DNA of 63,879 bases, counting the filler, from Octopus bimaculoides (Eukaryota): NCBI RefSeq assembly GCF_001194135.2. It is 5 parts of 5 records of this genome, joined end to end, with 100 filler letters (N's around TTAATTAATTAA, not from the genome) between each part and the next. Parts side by side here need not be neighbours in the genome. Positions count along the whole stretch, not along the records: positions 30,327 to 55,981 come from NC_068996.1; 4 more parts are not named here. The stretch is one strand, 5' to 3'. Under the pieces are notes generated by a model. The model made no database searches. It was not told the origin of the DNA and saw only the letters and a list, made by a program, of their open reading frames with translations. The number at the start of each line of letters is the position of its first letter. The stretch's first letter is position 1. The translations under genes were made by a program, and so were the position numbers. Shown here piece by piece: positions 36,613-49,700 of this stretch.

Positions 36613-37374
36613 TCTGTGTCATTTTTCCAGGTTTTTGAACTTAAAACATTTCTAATTTGACTTAGATATGTTTCGACAAAGGACTGACGAAGGTTAACAC
36701 ATCCTATCAGCACCACCTATTAGGATATGTTAAGCCATTGTTACGTCAAGTTTGTGGTAACATGGCCTATTCATATTGGTATTTGTTGTTGACTAAGATG
36801 TATTCAGTTATAGGTGGTCTATTTGCTATCCCTTGAAGAAATTTCCCCAGATATCGTTTGAAGGTGAAAGGATCCTTTTTCTTTGAATTGTTATGAGATA
36901 ATGTTTAATTTGAGCAGGGCCTGTTGAGAGAAAGAAATTATGGTGTGCTTTCTGTCTATATGCATCGAAAATATATTTTCATCTATGCCTTAAGAATCTT
37001 CTCTTAAGCGTGCATATGTGTACGGGTATATGAGTATGCATGTATGTATAAATGTATGTATGTATGTATGTATGTATGTATGTATGTGTGTATGTATGTA
37101 TGTATGTGTGTATGTATGTATGTATGTATGAATGTATGTATTAGTATGTGAATGTGCGTTTGCAAGAGAGAAAAACTATCAGTAGAGAAGGAGAGGTGCG
37201 CATAAAGCCATATAGAGATAAACATAAAGATATAAATAAAGAATTGAACAAATTATATACTTTCATATAAATATCTATCTGCATGTGTGTAATAATAAAC
37301 ACTCACAGGCACACGCGTGCTTACAAGCATATATATATATTCATATTCATATATAAAATAGGAACATAGATGGG

Positions 37375-37477
37375 TTAAAGGTTCACTACAGCTGTTTCAG
37401 ACACGTTTTTTATTATGAAAAATTCGATTCCCTCATTCGAATAAAACGTGTCTGAAACAGCTGTAGTGATCCTTTAA
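37375..37477. mobile_element. Palindromic MITE with TTAA ends (Kolobok-like)
   Basis: 35-bp inverted arms with one mismatch (perfect 27-bp core 37383-37409 / 37443-37469), bounded by TTAA|AGG...CCT|TTAA. Confidence 0.7.
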
Positions 37478-38872
37478 TACATTTGTGCTCTTATTTTATG
37501 CGAGCAACATTCTTGGAACCTTTCCAATGTTGGATCTGGAACATGCATTGGATCATGAACTGCATATATGGATGCATGGCTATACAGTTACATGTATATG
37601 TAAATGTATATGTATGCGTATATTTGTGTGTACATGTAACACCCGCTCCAAGTATTGAAACCACAATCTTACGATCATACATAAAACACTAACCACTAAA
37701 TCATGCGTCTCCACCTTACACACATCACATACACACACACGCACACATATATATACATACACTAACATGCGTGAATACACATAGACACACACACGCACGC
37801 GCAAACATACAGACATGTGTGTAGGGGCGTGTGTTCATGTGTGATTGTGTACGCACGCATGTTCCTGTATATACATACATACATATATATACTCACATAC
37901 CATGCATGTTTGTTTAAATGGTATTGTACATGTGTATATATATTTATGTATATATACATGTATGTATGTATGTATGTATATATATGTGTGTGTATGTAAA
38001 AATATACTTATTTATGTATGTATGCATGCATGTATGTATGCATGTATGTATGTATGTATGTATGTATGCATGTATGCATGTATGTTTGTATGTATGCATG
38101 TATGTATGTATGTATACATGTATGTATGTCTGTACGTATGTATATAAGTATTCTTGTATGTATGCATACATATAGAGAAGAATGTATTTATAGAAGAGAT
38201 CTAGACGACTATCGAGATTATAATATCGCCTCTACATCCCTTATCACGTCGATTATCCTTGATAAATATCATGTTGCCGAAAAATCAGTGAGACTCAGGC
38301 ATATTAGGGATTACATGAGTGTAAGCGCTATAAATAAAGTCTTTTTTATTATTATTAATTTGATCCGACAGGTATGTTGCATCGAATACATATCAAATTC
38401 TATCAACATCTTATAGCAGAAAGTCGTAATTCAGAAAGCACAACCAGCTAGCTTATATTATATATATATATATTTATTTATTTATTTATTTTTGTCTCTG
38501 ATTAAACAAAACAAGGAATGTTGTAAACATGTTGATCCGTCATTAGAGTAGTTGATGACTGCTGGAGCTGGATTTTAGATTGTGCTTTTTGATCCATGCC
38601 TCGTTATGTTTCCAGATCAGTATCTTAGAAAAAACAGTAGGTAAGTATTGCGGGGATAAAAGTGTTATTTAACTACAATAATTATGTAAGCAAGATGCTC
38701 TATTTTTAATGTAAATAATGTTCTTTCTTCACTAAACCTTTCGGAAAGCAGGTTGAAAAGAAAAAGTGAAATCCATGGTAATGAAAATCGTGGACAACGA
38801 TAGATTCGTACAAGTGTATATATACAAAACTTTAAATAGCATACAGACCCTACTTTAAGCGTTGAATCTCTT

Positions 38873-39095
38873 TACTATTTTACTTGTTTCAGTCATTTGA
38901 CTGTGGCCATGCTGGAGCACCGCCTTTCGTCGATCAAATCAACACCAGGACTTATTCTTTGTAACCTTAGTACTTATTCTATCGGTCTCTTTTGCCGAAC
39001 CGCTAAGTTACGGGGACGTAAACACAACAGCATCGGTTGTCAAGCGATGTTGGGGGGGGGGGACAAAGACAGACACATAAACACATACACGCACA
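38873..39095 (-). mobile_element. SINE family 1, 3' half
   Basis: Family 1 tail sequence. Confidence 0.8.
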
Positions 39096-39539
39096 AATAT
39101 ATATATATATATATATANNNNNNNNNNNNNNNNNNNNNNNNNNNNNNNNNNNNNNNNNNNNNNNNNNNNNNNNNNNNNNNNNNNNNNNNNNNNNNNNNNN
39201 NNNNNNNNNNNNNNNNNNNNNNNNNNNNNNNNNNNNNNNNNNNNNNNNNNNNNNNNNNNNNNNNNNNNNNNNNNNNNNNNNNNNNNNNNNNNNNNNNNNN
39301 NNNNNNNNNNNNNNNNNNNNNNNNNNNNNNNNNNNNNNNNNNNNNNNNNNNNNNNNNNNNNNNNNNNNNNNNNNNNNNNNNNNNNNNNNNNNNNNNNNNN
39401 NNNNNNNNNNNNNNNNTCTGATATCCTTTCTTTTTAATGTAAACCCCTCCGTTGTTTTCTAATTTGTACCAATACCTTTCCTACCTCTATTGTAGGCCCT
39501 TCTGTCCTATAAAGAAACGATAATTATTATTGCTGCTGC

Positions 39540-39570
<31 letters not shown>

Positions 39571-39571
39571 G

Positions 39572-39950
39572 CGTGAGAGAGCAGTGCATGCTATTAAAGT
39601 GACACTGGGGTAAAATATACAAAGCTACCTGTTTGACAAGGGTACACAGACACATGCATCACAACCATATGTGCGCGACATGGTGATCTCATATCAAGAT
39701 AAACAGCACATGATCTTGCAGGTGGGAGCCTTCAGGTAGAGTAGCCTGCCCCACTCAAAAGGTCACTGAATAATAGTTGTTTAAGGATGTACAAAATGTC
39801 CATATTTCCAGAGGTGAATTATCAAAATCCCAGTGAATTCCTCGCAACACATGGCTGTGATACTCTCGAACTACTTGTGCTTGTGGTCAGAGATGCACAT
39901 ATCGTCAGCTACCAAAGTACATGCTTAACTGGTTAAGGTCAAACAAATTA
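39572..39950. repeat. Dispersed repeat (second copy at 57041-57192), probably a retroelement 3' end on the - strand
   Basis: gtgagagagcagt(g/a)catgc...aaagtgac...aagggtacac...cacatgcatcacaaccatatgtgcg.gacatggtgatctcatatcaagataaac is shared; both copies abut trinucleotide runs. Confidence 0.6.
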
Positions 39951-40735
39951 CTTATGTAAAATAGTGTCAATCATTCGAACTGACGCTCTACCGATTATAA
40001 AATTGCGCTGCAATAATTCCTGCAAGGAATATATATGATTAATGACACTGATAATTCTTTCTATTCCTGTATTTTTATGGTAATAATTTCCTTCAACCTT
40101 TTCTAATCAGTCCACAGTTCATTTCTCTCTACAAGGTTTATTCCGCTTCTTTTCCCAACCCTTCGCCCCCACCTTAAATATACATATATATNNNNNNNNN
40201 NNNNNNNNNNNNNNNNNNNNNNNNNNNNNNNNNNNNNNNNNNNNNNNNNNNNNNNNNNNNNNNNNNNNNNNNNNNNNNNNNNNNNNNNNNNNNNNNNNNN
40301 NNNNNNNNNNNNNNNNNNNNNNNNNNNNNNNNNNNNNNNNNNNNNNNNNNNNNNNNNNNNNNNNNNNNNNNNNNNNNNNNNNNNNNNNNNNNNNNNNNNN
40401 NNNNNNNNNNNNNNNNNNNNNNNNNNNNNNNNNNNNNNNNNNNNNNNNNNNNNTATATATATATATATATATATACATATGTGTGCGTGTGTGTGTGTGT
40501 GTGTGTGGATTAGGATGTCCTTGATTGTAGATTTCGCGTATTTATCTGGAGAAAACTATTTTTTTAATGATATAATGTACTCATTAATCAATTAATTAAA
40601 AATTTCGTTAGAAACGGATGTAATGTCCTGCAAGTGTTGTTTACATATCTACATGTGTGTGTATGCATGTATATATGTTATAATTATAAACAAAGCAAAT
40701 TTTAGTCATTTGTCCGCAGACTGAATAAATTGATG

Positions 40736-41103
40736 AACAACCTTAATTCAGTTCTATATTTAAGAGATGAGGAATTATTTACATTATTTACATTATTTAC
40801 ATTCGACGGATACAAATGATATGTGAGCATATGCATATATATATATATATACATATATGTACATACCTACATCTACATGTATATATAGATGCATATCCGG
40901 ATACAGGACGTCAAAAGACGAGGACAAAAAAGGAACGGGAACATAAACAAAGCAAAAAAAGAAAAGACGAACACACACACACATATATATTATATGAATA
41001 TATCATAGCTATCGGCTCCTTTTTCTTTTTACATTATGGGCATGCGCATGTACCTAATGACAAAGGGTACCGTCGAATGTAAATAATGTAAACAACCTTA
41101 ATT
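40736..41103. mobile_element. Family D composite insertion: target duplication, inverted D tail, captured segment, D tail piece, target duplication
   Basis: 13-bp direct repeat aacaaccttaatt (40736-40748, 41091-41103); 23-bp inverted arms (40787-40809, 41070-41092); interior 40810-41072 is the reverse complement of 48253-48548. Confidence 0.85.
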
Positions 41104-41941
41104 GATTTACGAAACTCATTGAGGCATCCACATCCCTCTGACAGTCTCCAGAGAGACAAGCAACCATACTGCTTATATACTCAACAAATGCAGCAGTTAC
41201 TCTATGAAGGAGTCCCAAATTTGCATAAGGAAAATGTTTAAGACTCTATAAATGTCAGCGGCCTGTCAACGAAGATCTTAGTCTACACAGTATGAAGTTA
41301 TTATACAATAAATATGGAACATATGGTATAATTTATGTATGCAAATGTGCGTGTATGTCTTTATGGTTGTACGTTCAACATCCCTCCGTTTGGTACTCTA
41401 ACACATTTTGTTTTAGAGTTATATTCTCTCAAACACGATGTAACCATGTATTCTTCCTACATTTCCATTACCCTCATTCTTCTTCATTATCTGTCTCTCT
41501 GTATATATGTGTGTGTGTGTGTACATACATATATATACATATATNNNNNNNNNNNNNNNNNNNNNNNNNNNNNNNNNNNNNNNNNNNNNNNNNNNNNNNN
41601 NNNNNNNNNNNNNNNNNNNNNNNNNNNNNNNNNNNNNNNNNNNNNNNNNNNNNNNNNNNNNNNNNNNNNNNNNNNNNNNNNNNNNNNNNNNNNNNNNNNN
41701 NNNNNNNNNNNNNNNNNNNNNNNNNNNNNNNNNNNNNNNNNNNNNNNNNNNNNNNNNNNNNNNNNNNNNNNNNNNNNNNNNNNNNNNNNNNNNNNNNNNN
41801 NNNNNNNNNNNNNNNNNNNNNNNNNNNNNNNNNNNNNNNNNNNNNNNNNNNNNNNNNNNNNNNNNNNNNNNNNNNNNNNNNNNNNNNNNNNNNNNNNNNN
41901 NNNNNNNNNNNNNNNNNNNNNNNNNNNNNNNNNNNNNNNNN

Positions 41942-41983
<42 letters not shown>

Positions 41984-42136
41984 TGTGTGTATTTGTGTGT
42001 GTATGCCTGAGTTTGTGTGCCTATGTATGACGTCATGTATATATCTGTCTATATGTTTGTGCGTGCATGTAAATTTGCATTCATATATATATATATACAC
42101 GCACACACAAACATACATATGTATGTATGCATGTAT

Positions 42137-42202
<66 letters not shown>

Positions 42203-42249
42203 TTATCTATGTATATGTGTACGCATACACTCACAGACACACACACACA

Positions 42250-42280
<31 letters not shown>

Positions 42281-42384
42281 GAATGTTTGTGTGTATGAAT
42301 GAATGAATGAATGAATGAATGAAGGAAGGAAGGAAGGAAGGAAGAAGTATGTGTATGCATGTATGCATGCGAATCAATTTAATT

Positions 42385-42870
42385 TTAGTTTCAAATTTTA
42401 GAACTCAGAACGTAGCGACCGACGAAGCACTATGCCCGGCGTGCTAAAAATTTTGCCCGCTCACCGTGTTATATCGCTGTATAATACTAATTACACACAA
42501 TGTGGATTATTAGTTAGCTCTAAAGGCGGCCAACTGGTAGGACCGTTAGCACGCCGGGAAAAAATGCCTAGCGGTCTTTCGTCCGACTTTACGTTCTTAG
42601 TTCAAATGCCGCCGAGGTCGATTTTGCATTTTGCATCTTTCGGGGGTCGATAAAATAAGTACCATTTGAACACTGGAGTCGATGTAATCGACGTATCCCC
42701 TTTCCCCGAATTGCTGGCCTTGTGTCAGCAATAATCAACGTTCTGAGTTCAAATGAGGCCAGGGTCGATTATTTTCTTTCGTCCTTTCGAGGCCGATTTG
42801 ATAAGTATGATTTGAAAGCTTGGGTTGATGAAATTGACTTATAACCTTTGTGTCAAAATGTCAGACTAAT
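42385..42870. mobile_element. SINE family 2 fragments (one on -, two in tandem on +)
   Basis: ggcggccaactggtaggaccgttagcacgccggg...ctggccttgtgtc, followed directly by a 5'-truncated second copy. Confidence 0.75.
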
Positions 42871-43023
42871 ATTAATTAGCTCTCTCCGTTTCATTTCAAA
42901 ATATCATTCACTCTCACTCCATCAATATTCATTTATTATTAAGATAAAATATTTTATATATGCTTGCGCGCGCGCGCGTGTGTGCGAGTATGTGTTTGCG
43001 TGTGCACGCGCGTGTAAATGCAC

Positions 43024-43200
43024 GTGGCCTAATGATTAGTGTGTTGCACTGATGATTCTGAGGTCGTAATCAGGATCTCTAGACCAGTGCTGCGTTGCGC
43101 TCTAGAGCAAACCACCTTGTTTCATGCTGCTCCGGTTCATTCAGAGGCAAATGGGTAACCCTGCAACAGACAGGCATTCCCTTCAGGTGGAGGTAGGGAG
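43024..43200 (+). mobile_element. Diverged tRNA-SINE, family 4 (CORE-like body)
   Basis: gtggcctaatgattagtgtgttgcac...gcgttgcgctctagagcaaaccacctt...gctccggttcattcag...aaatgggtaaccctgc. Confidence 0.5.
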
Positions 43201-43589
43201 TGTTGTTCTTCCCGCCCAACTATTAGGATGGCATCATTCGATAGCTAAAACAATGCAAGTAAGCGCATTGTGACCAGCGATGTATAACAACATATGATAG
43301 TCTGGTTCTATATCCTGACATACATATATATCCTGATATACATATATATCCTGATATACATAAATACATATACATATAGGCATATATATATATACATACA
43401 TAAACATATATATACACACACACACATACGTACATACATACATACATACATACATACATACCTATATACATGCACACACACAGAGACTTATATATGAGAA
43501 GGCTGTTGTGTAAGGTCAGAACAATGATACAAGGTACAAAGTAAACTACGAAAAGAAAAGTAAACAAACCAAAGTCGCAGTTTTATCTT

Positions 43590-43664
<75 letters not shown>

Positions 43665-43667
<3 letters not shown>

Positions 43668-45360
43668 GGGTGAAGACCCCTTTCTTCAGGACATTTGGAA
43701 AAAGTGTAAGAATTCATCAGTCAATTAGAGTTGTAAGATCTGAAAAGGATCTGAATTATTTCAGCTAAGCACAGCTTACATGTTTTGGATCCGTTAATAT
43801 ATGGTATGGATTTTTCAACTATTTTCCACTTTATCGTATATGGTATGGCGTTCGATTTCAAATCCCATACGTGGCTAGCCAACTTAGAAGCTTTACTTTT
43901 GTCCTTGTATAGGAAGAAAGATATGTGACTAGCATAGCGACTTTTGAGTTCGCCTTCACATACTCTGATATATATCTTCTTATCGGTTGTGCTATTATCT
44001 AGTGTTGCGGTAACTTCTACCTCATATACGACGGATTTAATCATACATTTCTGATAAAGTAGACAGGTTCCTGGATCTCGACATTTACAACTGGGCATGT
44101 GCTCTTGGTGTTGCTCTCGTGTAATGAATGATATTCTTGATATTGGGTCAGAAGCTATATGATAATTCCACTGAGTGCCTGTTAAATATTTTCCTGCGCC
44201 TGTGCTTTTCCAGAAGTTGTTTGCCAAGGAGAGATAGGCATCTTTTACCTATATTGGTTTTTACATTAAGAGAGGAGGAAGGGGTGAACCAAATTATATT
44301 CCTCGGTCTATTTTTAGGTCTATTATTGTTATTCTAATTAATATTAGAGGGTTTATGTATTAGTTTATCCTTAAAGCCACTATTGGCTAGAGCATTGTTG
44401 TGGTGGACAGCTGCCCTCTCAAAAATTTCTTTAGATGAAGAGAGCTTAGAAACTTTGTTATTAACGTTAGCAATCAGGTTTTTTTAATATGACAGGAGGG
44501 TGACAAGAGTGTTTATTTATATAGGAAAGTTAGTCGTTGGGCCCATTGTAAGGCTTATGGAGGTGAGAGCTCAGATCAGGGGAAACATCTAAAAAAATCA
44601 ACGTTAGACAGATTAGTAGCGACTGTGATTTTAAGGCAAATTGACTGAAGGTACAAGTAAGTTGTTTCCTAAATTTATCAAGGGTTTAGGCGCAGAAGTG
44701 ACTGTATGGTAAGTAGCTTGCTTACCAGCCACATGGTTCCGGGTTCAGTCCCACTGCATGGCACTTTGAGCAAATGTCTTCTGCTATAGCCTCGGGCCGA
44801 CCAAAGACTTGTGAGTGGATTTGGTAGACGGAAACTGAAAGAAGCCCATCGTGTATATGTATATATATGTATATATGTATGTGTGTTTGTGTGTCTGTGT
44901 TTGTCCCCCCACCATCACTTGACAACCGATGCTGGTGTGCTTACGTCCCCGTGACTTAGCGGTTCGGCACAAAAAGACTGATAGAATAAGTACTAGGCTT
45001 ACAAAGAATAAGTCCTGGGGTCAATTTGTTCGACTAAAATGCGGTTCTCCAGTATGGCCGCAGTCAAATGACTGAAACAACTAAAAGAGTAAGGGTGTGA
45101 CCATCACAGCCATAGAAAATCCCAATCCGTCGTCTTGGTATAGACCATGGTTGTGAGATAGGTACTTAGATCTCAATGTGTTTAATTCAAAGCAACTCAC
45201 AAGTTTGCAGATGTTAGAACTATCATATGACCCCGTTGATACATCGAACAATTCATCATTATCCGACATTTTTTTAACCCATACTAAGCTCTTACTAAAC
45301 AGTAGTGTTTTCCTTGCATGTCTGATAAAATCCAGGTCTATAGGGTCTATACCAACATAT
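43665..45360 (-). mobile_element. Penelope-like retroelement, Naiad-type, 5'-truncated: RT, linker and GIY-YIG endonuclease, with a hammerhead relic at the 3' end
   Basis: FIRHARKTLLF...WVKK...FDVSTGSYDSSNICKLV...GLYQDDGL (RT); HSCHPP, RNIIWFTP...NVKTNIGK (linker); SCKCRDPGTC...VVYEV...KIYIRVCEGELKSRYASH...WKIV...CKLCLAE (EN). Frameshifted and split by a SINE. Relic CUGAAGA-AA-GGGG(ucuuca)CCCC-GAua at 43665-43690. Confidence 0.85.
44686..45090 (+). mobile_element. SINE family 1 inserted in the Naiad RT
   Basis: Direct repeat aagggt at 44680-44685 and 45091-45096. Confidence 0.88.
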
Positions 45361-45394
45361 CATCTATCAAATATATATACAAACATATATACAT

Positions 45395-45425
<31 letters not shown>

Positions 45426-45594
45426 NNNNNNNNNNNNNNNNNNNNNNNNNNNNNNNNNNNNNNNNNNNNNNNNNNNNNNNNNNNNNNNNNNNNNNNNNNN
45501 NNNNNNNNNNNNNNNNNNNNNNNNNNNNNNNNNNNNNNNNNNNNNNNNNNNNNNNNNNNNNNNNNNNNNNNNNNNNNNNNNNNNNNNNNNNNNN

Positions 45595-45632
<38 letters not shown>

Positions 45633-45699
45633 GTAAATGCCGAACCATGAAAATGAGTACTCAACACCACATTGGTGGATATAATTTCTTTGTTTGTGG

Positions 45700-46210
45700 G
45701 TTAAGGCCACTATTGGTTTCATGTTGAGAATATGAGGAAAACATCCTAGTGTCATAACAGTTTTTCAAGCCGATCACGCGGAGAAAAGTGTTCGCCTCCA
45801 TTTTGGAAAATACTGTTTTGTGTGCTAAGGAGAAACAACTCGTATAGAAGGCCAAGATCACGGACCCGACGAAATAGCCAAGACGTATATCAGAATGACA
45901 GGCAACTCGTTCGAGGAAAGGTATACACAAACATCTGGCGTCATTCAGAGACAAAATTTTTTTTTAAATACATGCAACATCCCAGTCAAATATATGGACA
46001 TTGAAACATGGTGGATTAAGCAACCCCCAGATAGAATGGAAAATTATTGCTAAAACCAAAAAATACAGAGGACTGGATACCAAATGTGAACTCTTTATTT
46101 CTGAAAAATTAAACATTATACAATCAACCGATAACATCTTAAATATTGGGGAGGAAACACCTCCCTGGATACACAAGCAATATTTTACACTCAAATATTT
46201 CAAAGAGTCA
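45700..46210 (+). mobile_element. Second, distinct Penelope-like GIY-YIG endonuclease remnant
   Basis: KTYIRMTGNSFEERY and PQIEWKIIAKTKKYRGLDTKCELFISEKLNII...NILNIGEE match the same EN layout, but the sequence is unlike the neighbouring copy. Confidence 0.65.
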
Positions 46211-46790
46211 CTATCTGCAACGGTAATCCCATCAGGTTAGCCCCTCTCTCGAACACGAAATCTGAACACAAATAGCAACAAAGACCACACAGAAGAAATG
46301 GGCCTCAATGAAGAACTACTTCAGCACACACAAGTATAAGAACACCATGCCCAGAACAAAAACAAAATAATGTCAACAAATTGATAACACAATAATTTGC
46401 CTAAAAGACAAATCTAAAGGCGACAAACATCCAAAAGACGCAACTCAGAAATAATGTCTCTTGATACATTAATTAATTGTTTTATTCACGTGAATTTACG
46501 AGAATCTCTGCAATTTAAAGGTGACTTTGTTTTCTAAACTGGAGGCGAAAATCTTTCTGCATGTGATCAGCTTGAAAAATTGTTACGTGACTAAGATATT
46601 TTCCTACTTTTCTAAACTAATGGTCGTCTTAATCCAGAAATAAATAAACATTTATACATATTATATACACACACACATATGCGTGTGTGTGTATGTGTGT
46701 CTATTCTCGTAATACCAGCGCCAAGCGGTGTTTAGATGTAAGTGAACTTAAGGTTAGTTACAATATGTTTATAACATATCTCAACTGCCG

Positions 46791-46895
46791 AAAGGTACAT
46801 TCTCTGCAGTAACTGTGGAGAAAAATTTTCTCTTGCAAATTTTACCATCAGAGAAAATCTATTTTCTTCACAGTAACTGCAGTGAATTTTCCTTT
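46791..46895. repeat. Short foldback / MITE-like hairpin
   Basis: ctgcagtaactgtggagaaaa (46804-46824) versus ttttcttcacagtaactgcag (46862-46882); inner attttctct/agagaaaat; outer aaagg/ccttt. Confidence 0.65.
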
Positions 46896-48329
46896 TAGCG
46901 GGTGAAATATGTCTCAAACATATTTTAACTAAACCTATGTTCCGCATATATATATATATGTAAATATAATATATGTAAATATAATATATATNNNNNNNNN
47001 NNNNNNNNNNNNNNNNNNNNNNNNNNNNNNNNNNNNNNNNNNNNNNNNNNNNNNNNNNNNNNNNNNNNNNNNNNNNNNNNNNNNNNNNNNNNNNNNNNNN
47101 NNNNNNNNNNNNNNNNNNNNNNNNNNNNNNNNNNNNNNNNNNNNNNNNNNNNNNNNNNNNNNNNNNNNNNNNNNNNNNNNNNNNNNNNNNNNNNNNNNNN
47201 NNNNNNNNNNNNNNNNNNNNNNNNNNNNNNNNNNNNNNNNNNNNNNNNNNNNNNNNNNNNNNNNNNNNNNNNNNNNNNNNNNNNNNNNNNNNNNNNNNNN
47301 NNNNNNNNNNNNNNNNNNNNNNNNNNNNNNNNNNNNNNNNNNNNNNNNNNNNNNNNNNNNNNNNNNNNNNNNNNNNNNNNNNNNNNNNNNNNNNNNNNNN
47401 NNNNNNNNNNNNNNNNNNNNNNNNNNNNNNNNNNNNNNNNNNNNNNNNNNNNNNNNNNNNNNNNNNNNNNNNNNNNNNNNNNNNNNNNNNNNNNNNNNNN
47501 NNNNNNNNNNNNNNNNNNNNNNNNNNNNNNNNNNNNNNNNNNNNNNNNNNNNNNNNNNNNNNNNNNNNNNNNNNNNNNNNNNNNNNNNNNNNNNNNNNNN
47601 NNNNNNNNNNNNNNNNNNNNNNNNNNNNNNNNNNNNNNNNNNNNNNNNNNNNNNNNNNNNNNNNNNNNNNNNNNNNNNNNNNNNNNNNNNNNNNNNNNNN
47701 NNNNNNNNNNNNNNNNNNNNNNNNNNNNNNNNNNNNNNNNNNNNNNNNNNNNNNNNNNNNNNNNNNNNNNNNNNNNNNNNNNNNNNNNNNNNNNNNNNNN
47801 NNNNNNNNNNNNNNNNNNNNNNNNNNNNNNNNTATATATCAGGTTACAGTGTTTCATCAAAAAGGAGTATTCTAATTGTCATCAAATGTAACTAAGGTGT
47901 TAAGAAACACCTACATTGCCACGTACCTGCTGTATTCTTGGGATATTCTTTTGTTTTTAAAATTGCTTCACTTGATGATTACGGCTTTTTGCAATACAGT
48001 AATGTTCTCATTCTTCTATGAAAAAATGTGTAAGAAACAGTTGTTATTCATTTGAGTGAATACACACACACCCGTACATATACACACACACATGTACAAA
48101 CACCACACACAGCCACACACAGCCACACACACACACTCACACACACGGCGCTCAGTTATATAAATGAAATATATGGAAGAAGTAGTCGAGTACTACAGCT
48201 GTTTCAAACAGCACCGGGATTTATGTAACATTAAAAATAATTCATAATTACCCGGTACCCTTTGTCATTAGGTACATGCGCATGTCCATAATGTAAAAAG
48301 AAAAAGGAGCCGATAGCTATGACATATTC

Positions 48330-48378
<49 letters not shown>

Positions 48379-49191
48379 CGTTTTTTTTTTTTGCTTTCTT
48401 TATGTTCCCGTTCCTTTTTTGCCCTCGTTTTTTGACGTCCTGTATCCGGATATGCATCTATATATACATGTAGATGTAGGTATGTACATATATGTATATA
48501 TATATATATCTATATATATATATGCATATGCTCACATATCATTTGTATTATATATATATGTACACATTTATGCTTGTGAGTCACTCTACAGCTTTATTGC
48601 ACCTGCACTGCAAACATGAAGTGCAATTTTAACTTCAGAATTCACTTACTACGTTCTTTTCTGTGTTTCTTTACATTCTTTTATCTTTTATCTTCTGCTT
48701 GTTTCAGTTATTTCACTGCGGCCATGCTGGGGCACCACCTCGAAGGGTTTTAGCTCAGCAGCTCGACCCCCNNNNNNNNNNNNNNNNNNNNNNNNNNNNN
48801 NNNNNNNNNNNNNNNNNNNNNNNNNNNNNNNNNNNNNNNNNNNNNNNNNNNNNNNNNNNNNNNNNNNNNNNNNNNNNNNNNNNNNNNNNNNNNNNNNNNN
48901 NNNNNNNNNNNNNNNNNNNNNNNNNNNNNNNNNNNNNNNNNNNNNNNNNNNNNNNNNNNNNNNNNNNNNNNNNNNNNNNNNNNNNNNNNNNNNNNNNNNN
49001 NNNNNNNNNNNNNNNNNNNNNNNNNNNNNNNNNNNNNNNNNNNNNNNNNNNNNNNNNNNNNNNNNNNNNNNNNNNNNNNNNNNNNNNNNNNNNNNNNNNN
49101 NNNNNNNNNNNNNNNCGTATTACATGTTAGTTGCCCCGTTGGTGACGTCCTGTACACATATATGCAGTTATACATACATATATACATGCAT

Positions 49192-49227
<36 letters not shown>

Positions 49228-49397
49228 GTATATTATATTATATATCATTTATTATTTTATTGAACGCGACGCATCCATTTCCCAGTAAGTATAAATATAT
49301 ATATATAAATGTATGCATGGATGTATATATGTAGACACATACACACAAACACACATACAAACACACACACACACACATACATATATAAATATATATA

Positions 49398-49700
49398 TAA
49401 CAGTGGCGGTGTGTTAAAGAAGTTTGCTTTCCAACCATATGGTTCCGGGTTCAGTCCCACTGCGTGGCACCTTGGGCAAGTTTCTTTTCTTATAGCCTCG
49501 AGCTGACCGACGTTTTGTGTGTGGTTTTGGTAGGCGGAAACCTAAAGAAGCTCGACAGTCGGCGTTGGTTTGTTTAAGTCTCCATAACTTAGTGGTTCAG
49601 CAAAAGAAACCGATACAATAAGTAACAGGTTTTTAAAAAAGTACTGGGGTCGATTCATTCTACTAAGTTTTCTCAAGCCGGTGCAAAAGCATGAAAGTAG
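49398..49700 (+). mobile_element. SINE family 1, internally deleted
   Basis: Head and tail segments of family 1. Confidence 0.7.

Noticed and set aside
37383-37469. GAAACAGCTGTA in both MITE arms (and at 48195) as hammerhead halves
   Set aside because: No CUGANGA upstream; the TTAA-ended palindrome explains the locus without a ribozyme.
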